64,000 nt of DNA from Usitatibacter sp. (GTDB lineage Bacteria > Pseudomonadota > Gammaproteobacteria > Burkholderiales > Usitatibacteraceae): positions 537 through 64,536 of the forward strand of contig DASTGG010000096.1 of assembly GCA_035719385.1 (NCBI GenBank), given 5' to 3'. The notes under the pieces were generated by a model. The model did no database searches. It was given only the letters and a program-made list of their open reading frames with translations, and was not told where the DNA came from. Each line of letters begins with the position of its first letter. Position 1 is the first letter of the stretch. Positions 36,927-48,464 of this stretch are shown one piece after another. The position numbers and the translations under genes are program-made.

Positions 36927-37325
36927 ATGCAAGCCAACCCCGTCGTGCTGATCGCCTGCGAACCTTCCGAAGCGGAGGTATTGCGCGCGATCGTGCCCAC
37001 GGAAGCGTCGGTGGTAACGACGAGCTCGACGCGGGACGCCATGCAGCGCATCACCGAGGGCGTCGATGCCGTGATCTGCACGATGGATTTCGACGACTCG
37101 CGCATGCTCGAGCTCGTGCACGAAGCGCATGCCCGGCGGCCGGAACTGCCCGTGCTCTGCTGCCGCGTGTTCGGCAGCCGGGTTTCAGACATCTACCTGC
37201 GCGCCGCGGCCACCGCGGCCTTCAGCATGGGCGTCGCCGCTTTCATCGACCTGGCGAACCGCTTGCCCCTCTTCAGCGCGGACGCGGCGGAGCTCGCGGC
37301 CACGCTCGTCCGCTTGCTGGGGTGA
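36927..37325 (+). CDS. Stand-alone atypical receiver (CheY-like) domain protein
   Basis: VVLIA...DAVIC.MDF...ELV....PELPVLC...MGVAAFID fold pattern; canonical phospho-Asp and Lys not evident. Confidence 0.55.
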   Translation: MQANPVVLIACEPSEAEVLRAIVPTEASVVTTSSTRDAMQRITEGVDAVICTMDFDDSRMLELVHEAHARRPELPVLCCRVFGSRVSDIYLRAAATAAFSMGVAAFIDLANRLPLFSADAAELAATLVRLLG

Positions 37326-37356
37326 CACGCGAGGCCCGATCGCCAGGAGAGCCACT

Positions 37357-37998
37357 TCATCGCTTGCGTTGCCAGTGGTAGTTGCGCTGCGCCCGCAGCA
37401 ACCCGCGCGCGGTCGAATAGCCCTCCCGCCGCGCCTTCTCCAGCATGACGATGAAGAACTGCGCCGTCGCGTAGGCGTCGGAAAGCGCGTTGTGGCGGTC
37501 GTGGCCGAGGATCGACAGCCGCCGAAGCCAGTCGTCCAGCGTCTTCTCCTCCTGCGCCTCGGCCGGGAACATCGCCTTGGCGAGGTCGGCGGCATCGATC
37601 CAGGTGGGCGCGAAGCGGACACCGAGGTACCTGCGCACATCGTGCGCGAGGAACGCGTGGTCGAACGGCGCGTTGAATGCGACCATCGGGCGGCTGCCGG
37701 CGAATTCCAGGAAGCCCCTCAGCGCATCGGCGGGCGGCGCGCCGGCGAGCTGGGCGCCGGCACCGATGCCGTGCAACAGGATGTTGTCCACGCCGCTGGC
37801 GACGTCCTGGTGCAGCTCCCGGTAGAACGTGCGATCGAGGCACACGCAGCCGCCCTGCACGATGCAGGCCCCGATGGAAAGCAGCCGGTCGTGGCGCACG
37901 TCGAGGCCGCTCGTCTCGGTGTCGACGACCACGAAGCACGCGTCGCCGAAGTCGATCGAGAGCGCCTCGCGCTTCAGCCAGAGATCGGCGATGCCCAT
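37357..37998 (-). CDS. DEDDh 3'-5' exonuclease (DnaQ-like)
   Basis: VVDTETSGLD, AFNAPFD, RHNALSDA. Confidence 0.9.
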   Translation of the reverse strand: MGIADLWLKREALSIDFGDACFVVVDTETSGLDVRHDRLLSIGACIVQGGCVCLDRTFYRELHQDVASGVDNILLHGIGAGAQLAGAPPADALRGFLEFAGSRPMVAFNAPFDHAFLAHDVRRYLGVRFAPTWIDAADLAKAMFPAEAQEEKTLDDWLRRLSILGHDRHNALSDAYATAQFFIVMLEKARREGYSTARGLLRAQRNYHWQRKR

Positions 37999-38011
37999 GA
38001 AGCCAGGCGCC

Positions 38012-39919
38012 TCAGCGCTGCCAGAGCTGGTAATCGAGCGCCAGGCGCTGCTGCAGGTTGCGCGCCGAGCGCAGCGTCTCCTTGAGCAGCCGCCGGTCGA
38101 GCTCGTTCAACCGGTCGGGATTGAGGTGGTTGTCGGGCGTCTCGCCGCGCGCGATCTGCGCGTGCTGGTGGCGCAGGCGGAAGTGCTGCAGGTAATTGAA
38201 CGCCGCGATCCAGGCCTCGCAGTCCTTGTGCGCCAGCAGCCCGCGCTCGGCCGCGGCGCGCAGCCGCTCGACCGTGTTGGTCTGGTTGAGGCCGTACGCG
38301 AGCGCATACACGCGCGCCGGATCCACGAAGAGGATCGCGCCGTTGATCTTGAGGTCGATGGTGCCCGGGTGGTCCTTGTCGTCGCCCACGGCGAAGTCGC
38401 GCACGATGCCCAGCGGCGGACGATTCGTGAGCGCATCCTGCGCGAGCTGGCGCAGGAAGCGCTCGTTGCCGCTCGCCTCCGCCGCGAGCCAGGCGCGCAG
38501 CGAATCGGCGAGCGCCACGTTGCCGTACAGCCCGCGGAAGTCGAAGAAGATCATCCCGTTCAGCACCGCGCGCGGGTCGCCCGCCGAGATCCATCCGGCG
38601 AAGGCGCGGCGCCATTCGGTCTCCGACATGCACCACTGCGGATTGCCGGCCATGATCTTGCCGCGGCATTCCGTGAACCCGGCGCGCGCGAGCGAGGTGT
38701 TGATGCGGCGCGCCACAGGCAGCAGGCGCTCGCGCATCCTGTCCGCGTCGCCCGCGGAATCGGCGAAGAGGATGCCGTTGTCCTGGTCCGAGGCGAGCGT
38801 GCGCTCCTGGCGTCCCTCGCTGCCCATCGCGATCCAGCAGAACTCGTGGACACCCACGCCCGAATCGGCGAGCTCCAGCTGGATGATGCGCCGGCTCAGC
38901 CGCTCGTTCAGCGTCGCGAGGATCTGCACCAGGTGCTGCGCGTTCACGCCCTGCGCGAAGAGGTCGCGCGTCATCTCGCGAACGTCGCCCGCGAGCGCGA
39001 CGACCGTGTCCACGGTGGCCGCATCGCGAATCGCGGAGCCCACCTGCCGCAGGCCGCGGCGCTGCATCGCGAAGAGGTCCTTCTCCGAGATGAGCCCCGC
39101 CACGCGCTCGCCGTTCATGACGACGAGGTGGTGGATGCCGCGCTCCGACATCACGAGCGCCGCCTCGTAGGCGAAGGCATCGTGGGGCAGCGACACGGGA
39201 TCGGGTGTCATCACCTCGCGAATCGGGCGCGACAGGTCCACGAAGCGCAGCGCCACGCGCGCCAGCAGGTCCTTCAGCGTGAAGATGCCGGTGGCTCGCC
39301 CGTCGTGTCCCACGAGCATCGAGCCGATGCCCTCGCGCTCCATGCCGGCGAGCGCCACGCCGATGGGCGTGTCCTCCTCGCACATCACCGGCGCGCGCGC
39401 CACGATCTGCGCGAGGGTGCGGTCGAGCGGCTGGCGTTGGCTCACGTTGAGCGCCATGTCGCTCTGCAGGTTCACGAGCGCGTGCTGCAGCATGTGCGCG
39501 ATGCGGCGCGTGCAGAAGTCGTGGAAGACCGGGCTCTGCTCCATCACCAGCCGGAAGTCTTCCGCGGTGAGCTGGTAGCAGAAGGTGTCGTGCGTGGCGC
39601 GATAGGCACCGCTCACCGGCCGGTGCGCGACCACCGCGCCGAGCGGGAAGCACTCGCCTTCCTGCAGCACGATCTCGGGCGCCGCGCCCTGGTCGGCGGG
39701 ACCCACCATCACCGCGCCCTGCTTGATGATGAACACCTGCGCGGGAACGCCCATCGCGTGATCGAGGATCACGGTGTCGGCGGGGTAATACGCGAGCTTC
39801 AGCCGCGAGGCGAGGAGGCGCACGTGCGCCTCCTCCATGCGGTCGAACGGGGCGTGCCGCCGCAGGTGCGCGACGGTGCCGGCGACGAGTGTGGTCAGCT
39901 CAGTGCGATACGGCTGCAC
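38012..39919 (-). CDS. cNMP-binding/CBS/DUF294 putative nucleotidyltransferase
   Basis: cNMP domain, two CBS domains, MGSEGRQE....DQDNG, C.G.IMA.NP.W, IFFDFR, IDLK. Confidence 0.88.
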   Translation of the reverse strand: MQPYRTELTTLVAGTVAHLRRHAPFDRMEEAHVRLLASRLKLAYYPADTVILDHAMGVPAQVFIIKQGAVMVGPADQGAAPEIVLQEGECFPLGAVVAHRPVSGAYRATHDTFCYQLTAEDFRLVMEQSPVFHDFCTRRIAHMLQHALVNLQSDMALNVSQRQPLDRTLAQIVARAPVMCEEDTPIGVALAGMEREGIGSMLVGHDGRATGIFTLKDLLARVALRFVDLSRPIREVMTPDPVSLPHDAFAYEAALVMSERGIHHLVVMNGERVAGLISEKDLFAMQRRGLRQVGSAIRDAATVDTVVALAGDVREMTRDLFAQGVNAQHLVQILATLNERLSRRIIQLELADSGVGVHEFCWIAMGSEGRQERTLASDQDNGILFADSAGDADRMRERLLPVARRINTSLARAGFTECRGKIMAGNPQWCMSETEWRRAFAGWISAGDPRAVLNGMIFFDFRGLYGNVALADSLRAWLAAEASGNERFLRQLAQDALTNRPPLGIVRDFAVGDDKDHPGTIDLKINGAILFVDPARVYALAYGLNQTNTVERLRAAAERGLLAHKDCEAWIAAFNYLQHFRLRHQHAQIARGETPDNHLNPDRLNELDRRLLKETLRSARNLQQRLALDYQLWQR

Positions 39920-41732
39920 GCCCGAGCCCGGTGTTGGAACGCACGTACAGCTCGTCCCACATGTCCTCCGCACGCCGGTCGCGATACAGCAGCGAGCCGA
40001 GGAACACCGCGAGGAAGCCGAGCGGGATGGAGATGATCCCCGGGTTCCTCAGGTCGAAGAGCGGCTTTTCCAGGCCGACGAGGCTGGTGTCCTCGTGGGC
40101 GTATTTCTTCAGCGTCGCCTGGTTCGCCGCGAGCTCCGACTTCGCGGTGGCGAGCGCCTTGTCCGCCTTGGCCTTCGCCGCCGGATCCGCGGCCGCGGCG
40201 GCCACGTCTTCCTGCAGCTTCGCGATCTTCGCCGGCGCCGCGTCCACGACCTTCTGCGCCGCGGCCTTGAGCGCCTTCGGGTAGGTCATGTTCGGCGAGA
40301 CGAGCACGAGGCCGATCGCGGCGAGCGTGCCGATCACGAGGCCCGCCACCACGCCGCCGGTGTTGCAGCGCTTCCAGTAGAGCGTGAGGAGCACCACGGG
40401 CAGGTTGGCGGAGGCCGCGACCGCGAAGGCGAGCGCGACCAGGTGCGCCACGTTCTGCCCCTGCGCGAGGATGCCGATGGTGATCGCGAGCACGCCGACG
40501 ATGAACGAGCAGATGCGCGCGGCGCGCACTTCCTCGTCGGACGTCGCATGGTCGCCCTTGACCACGCCGACCCACAGGTCGTGCGACATGGCCGACGCGG
40601 CCGCGAGCACGAGGCCCGCGACCACCGCGACGATGGTCGCGAAGGCGACCGCCGCCACGAACGCGAGCATGAGGTTGCCCAGCATCGAGTTCGCCCCGCC
40701 GCCGAGGTATTGCGCAAGCAGGGGCGCGGCCATGTTGCCGCCCTTGTCGATGAGCGTGATGTTGGTGGGACCGACCTTCATCGCGGCGCCGAGGCCCAGG
40801 AAGAGCGTGAGCACGTAGAAGCCGCCGATGATCGCCATCGCCCAGATCACCGACTTGCGCGCGGCCTGCGCGGTGGGGACCGTGAAGAAACGCATCAGGA
40901 TGTGCGGCAGTCCCGCGGTGCCGAGCACCAGCGCCATGCCGAGCGAGATCTGGTCGATCGGGTTCTTGAAGAGCAGCCCGGGCTCGAGGAAGCGCTGGCC
41001 GAGCTCGCTCGCCGTCATGTTCTTCGCGCTGTCGCCGAGCATGGAGGCGACGCGCCCCTGGATGTTGGGGTCGTTCACCGCGGCCTGCAGGAAGGCGGGC
41101 AGGCTGAAGCCGTACTGGCCCCAGACCATGATCACCATCACGAGCGAGGCGATCACGAGCAGGACCGCCTTCACGATCTGCACGTACGTGGTCGCCACCA
41201 TGCCGCCGAAGACGACGTACATGAGCATGAGCACGCCCACGACGGTGACCGAGACGGAGTAGTCGATGCCGATCAGCGTCTTCACCAGGACGCCGCCGCC
41301 GACCATCTGGGCCGTGAGGTAGAACGTCGAGACCGTGATCGTGGACAACGCCATGAACGTCCGCACCGTCTTCGGGTTGTTGCGGAAGGCGAGGATGTCG
41401 GCCATGGTGTACTTGCCGATGTTGCGGCACGGCTCCGCGATGACGAGCAGCACGGTGATGTAGGCGACGAGCCAGCCCACGGAGTACATGAAGCCGTCGT
41501 AGCCGTTGAGCGAGATGAGGCCCGCGATGCCGAGGAACGACGCGGCCGAGAGGTAATCACCCGCGATCGCCCAGCCGTTCTGCAGGCCGCTGATGCCGCC
41601 GCCGGCCGCGTAGAAGTCGGCGCGCGTCTTGGTGCGCTTGGCGGCCCGGTACGTGATGTACATCGTGATCGCGATGATCGCGGCGAACACGGCGAAGGTG
41701 AGCCACGTGTACTGGGGATTCACCGCGGTCAT
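39900..41732 (-). CDS. actP: Cation/acetate symporter (SSS family)
   Basis: FYAAGG.I.G.QNG.AIAGDYLSAASFLG, GTAGLPHILMRFFTVP, AFATI.AVVAGL. Confidence 0.9.
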   Translation of the reverse strand: MTAVNPQYTWLTFAVFAAIIAITMYITYRAAKRTKTRADFYAAGGGISGLQNGWAIAGDYLSAASFLGIAGLISLNGYDGFMYSVGWLVAYITVLLVIAEPCRNIGKYTMADILAFRNNPKTVRTFMALSTITVSTFYLTAQMVGGGVLVKTLIGIDYSVSVTVVGVLMLMYVVFGGMVATTYVQIVKAVLLVIASLVMVIMVWGQYGFSLPAFLQAAVNDPNIQGRVASMLGDSAKNMTASELGQRFLEPGLLFKNPIDQISLGMALVLGTAGLPHILMRFFTVPTAQAARKSVIWAMAIIGGFYVLTLFLGLGAAMKVGPTNITLIDKGGNMAAPLLAQYLGGGANSMLGNLMLAFVAAVAFATIVAVVAGLVLAAASAMSHDLWVGVVKGDHATSDEEVRAARICSFIVGVLAITIGILAQGQNVAHLVALAFAVAASANLPVVLLTLYWKRCNTGGVVAGLVIGTLAAIGLVLVSPNMTYPKALKAAAQKVVDAAPAKIAKLQEDVAAAAADPAAKAKADKALATAKSELAANQATLKKYAHEDTSLVGLEKPLFDLRNPGIISIPLGFLAVFLGSLLYRDRRAEDMWDELYVRSNTGLGRAAVSH

Positions 41733-42052
41733 GGCCGTGCTCCGATCGAATGCGCATCACGGTTGATTTCCTCGGCCATCGCGTCGAACGCGTTGGCCTT
41801 GCGCGCGTACACGTACGCGATGCCCCATGCGACGACGAACTCCGCCAACGCGAAGAGCAGGCCGAAGTTGATGACGCCCCAGACCTTCACCTTGAAGAGG
41901 TCGGTGAGGTAGGCCGCGCCGATGGGCAGCGCGAAATAGAAGACGACCGAGAAGGCCATCAGGCTCCACAGGAACGTGGTCTTGCGGCGATGCAATTCCT
42001 TGAAGCGCGGGTCGCTGTCGATAGCCGACCAGTTCAACGTGCGTGCAACCAT
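41729..42052 (-). CDS. DUF485 (YjcH-like) membrane protein
   Basis: DPRFKEL.R; two TM; Y...AN.FD; overlaps the actP start. Confidence 0.88.
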   Translation of the reverse strand: MVARTLNWSAIDSDPRFKELHRRKTTFLWSLMAFSVVFYFALPIGAAYLTDLFKVKVWGVINFGLLFALAEFVVAWGIAYVYARKANAFDAMAEEINRDAHSIGARP

Positions 42053-42157
42053 GGCCCCTCCTCAGGAAGCGGAAGAGCGAATATCGGCGCACGGCGCATC
42101 GCGTGTTTGCCGTAGAGCAAGGCGAACGGGGCGCTTATTGGGGAAAACCCGAATGTC

Positions 42158-42748
42158 CTACAGGGCGTGCCCGCCCGCGCGCTCCTTCACTTCGTCGGCG
42201 AATCGCGTGACGAAATCGTCCAGCGCCTTCCAGTCGGTGTATTCGTGGTCGCGCGAGGTGTCGGTCGAGCCTCCGGCCGCGCGTGCGATGCGCTTCATCA
42301 GCAGCCGAACGAAGAAGTTGTACTGCGTGTAGCGCAAGGCGCCCGCGACGGGCACGACGTGCTCCGGCCGCCAGCCCGTGTCGGCGACGAACCGGTCGAT
42401 CATCATCTTCACGTCGGCTGCGAAGCGCGCATGCTCCTCGGCCGTCGCGTCTTTTCGCTCCACGCCGGCTTCGCTGAGCGTGACGGAGAGGAACGCATTC
42501 GGTATCGACTGCAATAGCTCGCGATGCGCCTTCACGAGCTCGATCACCTCACGCTCGTGCGATCCGGCATGGACGGAGGCGGCAATGACGACGGCCGAGC
42601 AGGCGCCCAGGTCGAGGCCCGCCTGCGCTTCCCGGACGTTGTGTGCGGCTGCATCCAAACCGCGATTGCGAAGGCCCGTTGCGACCTGCGTGGCTATGCG
42701 CTCCGTCTGGCCTTCCCGCGTGGCGTAGAGGACGGCAACTGGCTTCAT
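42158..42748 (-). CDS. Flavodoxin-fold protein, HemG (menaquinone-dependent protoporphyrinogen oxidase)-like
   Basis: VLYATREGQTERIA, AFLSVTL, AGALRYTQYNF, DTSRDHEYTDW. Confidence 0.8.
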   Translation of the reverse strand: MKPVAVLYATREGQTERIATQVATGLRNRGLDAAAHNVREAQAGLDLGACSAVVIAASVHAGSHEREVIELVKAHRELLQSIPNAFLSVTLSEAGVERKDATAEEHARFAADVKMMIDRFVADTGWRPEHVVPVAGALRYTQYNFFVRLLMKRIARAAGGSTDTSRDHEYTDWKALDDFVTRFADEVKERAGGHAL

Positions 42749-42888
42749 CTCTTGTTTCGTGATGCGTGTCTGTTCACGAATAATTGCGGGTTGTTTGATG
42801 CGCCACAGTACCTCTATCCGGATCCGGGGATACGTTCTTCCGCGGATTGCCGAGTGAGCTCCCCGACCGCTTCCAGAAGGATCTCGCC

Positions 42889-43258
42889 ATGAAAAGTACC
42901 AGGAGCATCTTGCCGATGCTGGCCGTCTCCATCATTCCGCTCGTGCTCACGGGATGCGCAAGCTGGTCCACCTCCAGCGCCGAGGGGTTCAAGGACGCGG
43001 TTGCACGTCCAGCCAAGTCCGCGAATGAGATTGTCCTCACCGAAGGGGACATCACCAATCGAGCCTACACGGTCATCGGCGACATTTCCGTGACCGTAAA
43101 CAAGACCACGATCTTCAATGCGGATCCCACGCGCGAGATGGTGAACCAGGAACTTCGCAAGGAGGCCGCCGCCAAGGGCGCCGACGCGGTCGTGCTCGTG
43201 CGTTACGGCACCGTGGGCGTGGGCTTGATGAGCTGGGGATCGCTCGAAGGCAAAGGAC

Positions 43259-43278
<20 letters not shown>
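42889..43278 (+). CDS. Lipoprotein, YbjQ/heavy-metal-binding-like fold
   Basis: Lipobox LTGC; L.KEAAAKGADAVV; G.AV.F end. Confidence 0.7.
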
Positions 43279-44752
<1,474 letters not shown>

Positions 44753-44937
44753 GGGGATCTCCTAAAGCGTTCTCCCGACGAGTAATAGCATCGTGCTCCG
44801 ATGGCATCATAACCGTGAAAATAATGAATTTGTGGAATTTGCTGCCTTGCATCAGAATTCCAGGCACTGCTGCTTGAGGCCTGCGTCGAGGTCGATCTCG
44901 TTGTCGAGGCTTTAGGCAACAAACGGAGATTGATCCC

Positions 44938-45846
44938 ATGAAGTACCCCTTTCACATCGTCGATGTTTTCAGTTCGACACCGTTCGGCGGTAATCAACTC
45001 GCGGTTCTGCCGGACGCCAGCGGCATTTCGGCCGAGGGCATGCAGAAGATCGCTCGCGAATTCAATTTCGGCGAAACGACCTTCGTCCTGCCGAAGAAGG
45101 ATCCTGCGAACACGTATCGGGTGCGCATCTTCACACCTCGGACGGAGCTCGACTTCGCGGGGCATCCCTCGGTCGGCACCGCCTGTGCGCTTGTGATGAA
45201 AGAGCATGCACGGCTCGGTGATCCAATCCGAGTCATTCTTGAGGAGAATGTCGGTCCCGTGATGGTCGATGTCGCCGAGCGGAACGGGGGGTTCCACGGC
45301 ACGTTGACGTTATCGGGGAAGATCGAGGCACCGACCGGCGCACCTTCTCCGGCTGATCTCGCCGCCGTCCTATCCATCGAGCCCGCCGAGGTGAGCCAAG
45401 TCTTCTTCGCGGGTGCCGGCGTTCCGTTCTGTGTTGCGCAACTGAGCTCGAACGAGGTCGTCGATCGGGCGGCAATCAATCGGGCTGCCTGGGCGGCAAA
45501 GCTCTCGCAAGCGTGGTCTCCCCACATCTTCTTCTTCGCGGGAAATCTGCAGGATGGCGGCAGGCTCTATGCTCGCATGTGGGCACCCGCGCTGGGCATC
45601 GAAGAAGATCCCGCGACGGGCTCCGCTTGTGCCGCCCTCGTCGGGGCGACGGCAGCAAAGCCCGCTTTTGCCGGGACGGCCTACCGTCTTTCGATCCAGC
45701 AAGGTGTCTCGATCGGGCGCCGAAGCGAAATCGAAGCAGAGGCGCGCAAGAGCGACGGCGTTGTGACCTCCGTCAGCGTGGGTGGCGCCACGACCTACAT
45801 CGCAAGCGGCGAAATCGAGGTGCCCCCGTCCGCGCTTGTCTCTTAG
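44938..45846 (+). CDS. PhzF family isomerase/epimerase
   Basis: VDVF...PFGGNQLAV, ETTFV, RIFTP..ELDFAGHPSVG, EDPATGSA. Confidence 0.92.
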   Translation: MKYPFHIVDVFSSTPFGGNQLAVLPDASGISAEGMQKIAREFNFGETTFVLPKKDPANTYRVRIFTPRTELDFAGHPSVGTACALVMKEHARLGDPIRVILEENVGPVMVDVAERNGGFHGTLTLSGKIEAPTGAPSPADLAAVLSIEPAEVSQVFFAGAGVPFCVAQLSSNEVVDRAAINRAAWAAKLSQAWSPHIFFFAGNLQDGGRLYARMWAPALGIEEDPATGSACAALVGATAAKPAFAGTAYRLSIQQGVSIGRRSEIEAEARKSDGVVTSVSVGGATTYIASGEIEVPPSALVS

Positions 45847-45922
45847 ACACGCGCCAATGTTTACAGAGCTCGGGGCCTCCAACACTACTCTCGGGCAGGC
45901 CTGACGCGAAAGAGGAAGCGCG

Positions 45923-46660
45923 ATGACGATGAAGCTCTATTCCTGGGATCTCAGTCCCTACTCGGCGCGAGTGCGGATGCAGATCTACGCCAAGGGTCTC
46001 ACCGACATCGCGATCGAGCAGCCGCCGACTTACGGCACGCCGAAGTTCTACAAAGACCATCCGATCGGCCGCATCCCGTTGCTGGAGATCGATGGCGAGG
46101 CGATACCGGAGTCGGCCGTGATCGCGGAGTATCTCGAGGAGATCTATCCCGAGCCTTCGCTGCTGGGCGCGACGTCCCGCGAGAACGCCCATATCCGCAC
46201 GCTGGCCCGCATCGGCGACATCTACCTGATGAACAACACGTTCATGCTCGCGGTTCAGACCCGCGTCCTCGCCGCCCAGACCCCCGTCACCACCGGCAAC
46301 GAAGGCATCGTTGCGCTGCTGGGCGGCCAGCTGGCGAGCAACACCAAGGCGCTGGACCGGATGATTGGCCGCGACGGCTTCGCATGCCTGGGCCGCGTCA
46401 CCCTGGCCGACTGCGCGCTCGTGCCGGCGCTCTTCTTTCTGGAGGCCGTGCTGCCGGGCACGGGTGTCGCCGACCCGATCGCCGCGAACGCCAACGTGGC
46501 CGCCTACTGGGCTGCGATCCGCAGAGAAGAGTACGCGGCGCGCATCCTGGTGGAGCTGCACCGGGGGCTGGAGGAACGCCGCGAACTGATCCGCTCCGGC
46601 GCGATCGAGAAGATAAGGGCGGCATCCCGGGCGGCAAGGGAAGCAGCGGAGCAGAGCTAG
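45923..46660 (+). CDS. Glutathione S-transferase family protein
   Basis: SPYSARVR, PIGRIPLLE.DG..I.ES.VI.EYLEE, TLADC. Confidence 0.88.
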   Translation: MTMKLYSWDLSPYSARVRMQIYAKGLTDIAIEQPPTYGTPKFYKDHPIGRIPLLEIDGEAIPESAVIAEYLEEIYPEPSLLGATSRENAHIRTLARIGDIYLMNNTFMLAVQTRVLAAQTPVTTGNEGIVALLGGQLASNTKALDRMIGRDGFACLGRVTLADCALVPALFFLEAVLPGTGVADPIAANANVAAYWAAIRREEYAARILVELHRGLEERRELIRSGAIEKIRAASRAAREAAEQS

Positions 46661-46877
46661 CCACGGTCATCGAGAGATGCGTCCGCGGCCTCGCTGTCGA
46701 GCTGGCGCTCTGGAATCCCAAAAGCGACCACCTTCTTCCCCGGTGCCGGTCGATTGCGAAGAGCCTGGCATGGCATGCCTCCACGATTCAGCTTCGCGCG
46801 GACCAATGAAATAGGCCTGGAACCAACGTAGCCCAACGTCGGCTATCGACCGGCTCCGGGAACGTGCCAGCACTACC

Positions 46878-47678
46878 CTACGTCCGCTCGAACACCATCA
46901 CGTTTGGCTTGTCGTGTCCGGGTATGTTCACCGTGATCGTCATGGTCCTGAGATCGGCCGAGAGCGCGATAGCCTCGGTATCCGTCACCTTCCCGCCGGT
47001 CTTGTCGGTGATCACGAGAGTGCGATCGTCCACGCGCTGGATGGAAGAGGAAGCGCCACGGCCCGCGTTCGGCCCCTCGTTGGGATAATCCTTGCCGTCG
47101 AACTTCACGTTCTTCGTCTTGTTATCCGAGGGTGCGATGAAGATGAACGACAGGCCGTCGCGCTGGTACTCCTTCACCTGGACCCGGAAGGGCGAGTTCA
47201 TCGTCTCCTTGATGCTCTGCCAGTCCGCCGCGAAGCCCGATCCTCCCCCTGTGCGCTGGTAGACGTAATCCACGCTGAACGTCGAGCCGTCGGGCTCGAA
47301 TCCGCGGAAATAGTCCGTGAGCGTGCTGCCGTCCTTCGAGAGCTTCCACGTCGCCTTGAGCAGCAACCGGCCGTCCTTCTTGCGCTGAACGATCCAGATG
47401 TCGGGCGCTTCGGCGGTCACCGATAAGAGGGTGCCGCCGAGGCCCGGTTGGTCGGTCCCGTCCACGACGATCGGCTCGGGCACTCCGACGTCGAAATCGA
47501 GCACGTACTTGTTGCCGCCCTCGCTCTTCACCTTCATCCTGTCCGGCATGCGGGTCTTCGACGGGTCGAGCTTCCACTCGCCGATGAAAGGGCTTTCCGC
47601 CGCCCATGCCATGCCGGCCGCCAGGCAAGCCGCCGGCAGGATTCCTGCAATTCGCGTGAACAGACTCATCTCCTTCAC
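46878..47678 (-). CDS. Exported hypothetical protein with two tandem lipocalin-like beta domains
   Basis: Signal peptide; F.G.WKL and GF..DW starts; both halves end LS.DG/DL.T.T....(Y/F)(Q/E)R. Confidence 0.7.
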   Translation of the reverse strand: MKEMSLFTRIAGILPAACLAAGMAWAAESPFIGEWKLDPSKTRMPDRMKVKSEGGNKYVLDFDVGVPEPIVVDGTDQPGLGGTLLSVTAEAPDIWIVQRKKDGRLLLKATWKLSKDGSTLTDYFRGFEPDGSTFSVDYVYQRTGGGSGFAADWQSIKETMNSPFRVQVKEYQRDGLSFIFIAPSDNKTKNVKFDGKDYPNEGPNAGRGASSSIQRVDDRTLVITDKTGGKVTDTEAIALSADLRTMTITVNIPGHDKPNVMVFERT

Positions 47679-47786
47679 TCTCCTCGGAAGCGCGCCGACG
47701 GTGATCTTGCCCCAGCGACATCGAAATGAGGTGTAACAATATTTGTCGGCACTTCTTCCGCCGGAACGTATATCCCGCGAGGCTCC

Positions 47787-47820
47787 AAATGAAAAAGCCC
47801 CTGTCTTTCGACAGAGGCTT
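47787..47820 (-). terminator. Rho-independent terminator
   Basis: Minus strand AAGCCTCTGTC-GAAA-GACAGGGGCTT followed by TTTCATTT; downstream of the long minus-strand gene run. Confidence 0.75.
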
Positions 47821-47943
47821 CATGATCTGGCGCATGCGAATCGATCTCGGGAGGCTAACGTCGCGGCCCGGACTTATTTAGTCTTCGACGCTGCGTCGTC
47901 GGCGGCGGCGTCCCGAGGGCCAACACTGCGCACGCAAGCCCTT

Positions 47944-48390
47944 TCATGTTTGTTCCCACATCGCTTTCAGCTCCGCGCGGCAGGTTTCGCCGAAGAGCTT
48001 CAGCGGATCGGCCTGATCCGAGAGCGCCAACGCGCGCAGCTCCTCGACCGTCAGGTTGCGCGCGAAGTACTGGTCGGTGATCCGGCGCACGAGACCCTCC
48101 GCGACGCGCAGGACGGCTGGCGTCGCGACGAGCCTGACTCGATTGAGCAGCGCATAAGCCGGCAGCAGCGTCTCCGGCTTGTCGAGCGTGTGCGTGAAGG
48201 CATCCACCATGAGCTTCGTGCACTCGGAGATGAACTCTCCGTAGAGCACCTCGCGCTTGCGGATCTCCTCGCGGATGAGCTCGCGGCGGTTCAGCTTCTG
48301 TTGCGTGACCCACGCGGTCGCCACCGTCGCGGAACCACCGACCAGCGTTCCCATCAGGCCCGACATCGCGCTCAGCAGCACTGTATCCAT
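47944..48390 (-). CDS. Hypothetical membrane-anchored protein
   Basis: N-terminal TM, helical body (REVLYGEFISEC...CRAEL). Confidence 0.7.
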   Translation of the reverse strand: MDTVLLSAMSGLMGTLVGGSATVATAWVTQQKLNRRELIREEIRKREVLYGEFISECTKLMVDAFTHTLDKPETLLPAYALLNRVRLVATPAVLRVAEGLVRRITDQYFARNLTVEELRALALSDQADPLKLFGETCRAELKAMWEQT

Positions 48391-48464
48391 GCAGCGAGAT
48401 TACGAGTGGGCGGCTCCGGAGTCGTTACGAATCGGTTTGCGATTCGTCTCGATGCGGTCTCGCG

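Noticed and set aside
42815-42832. TATCC-N8-GGATA, matching the E. coli HipB operator consensus (plus TTCGTGA-N11-TCACGAA at 42756-42780)
   Set aside because: Single copy, no hipBA adjacent; short palindromes can arise by chance.
47821-47850. Minus-strand ...TCGATTCGCATGCGCCA before the terminator, resembling a tRNA 3' end or att site
   Set aside because: Spacing from the T-loop-like motif to CCA is too short, no cloverleaf can be formed, and no integrase is nearby.
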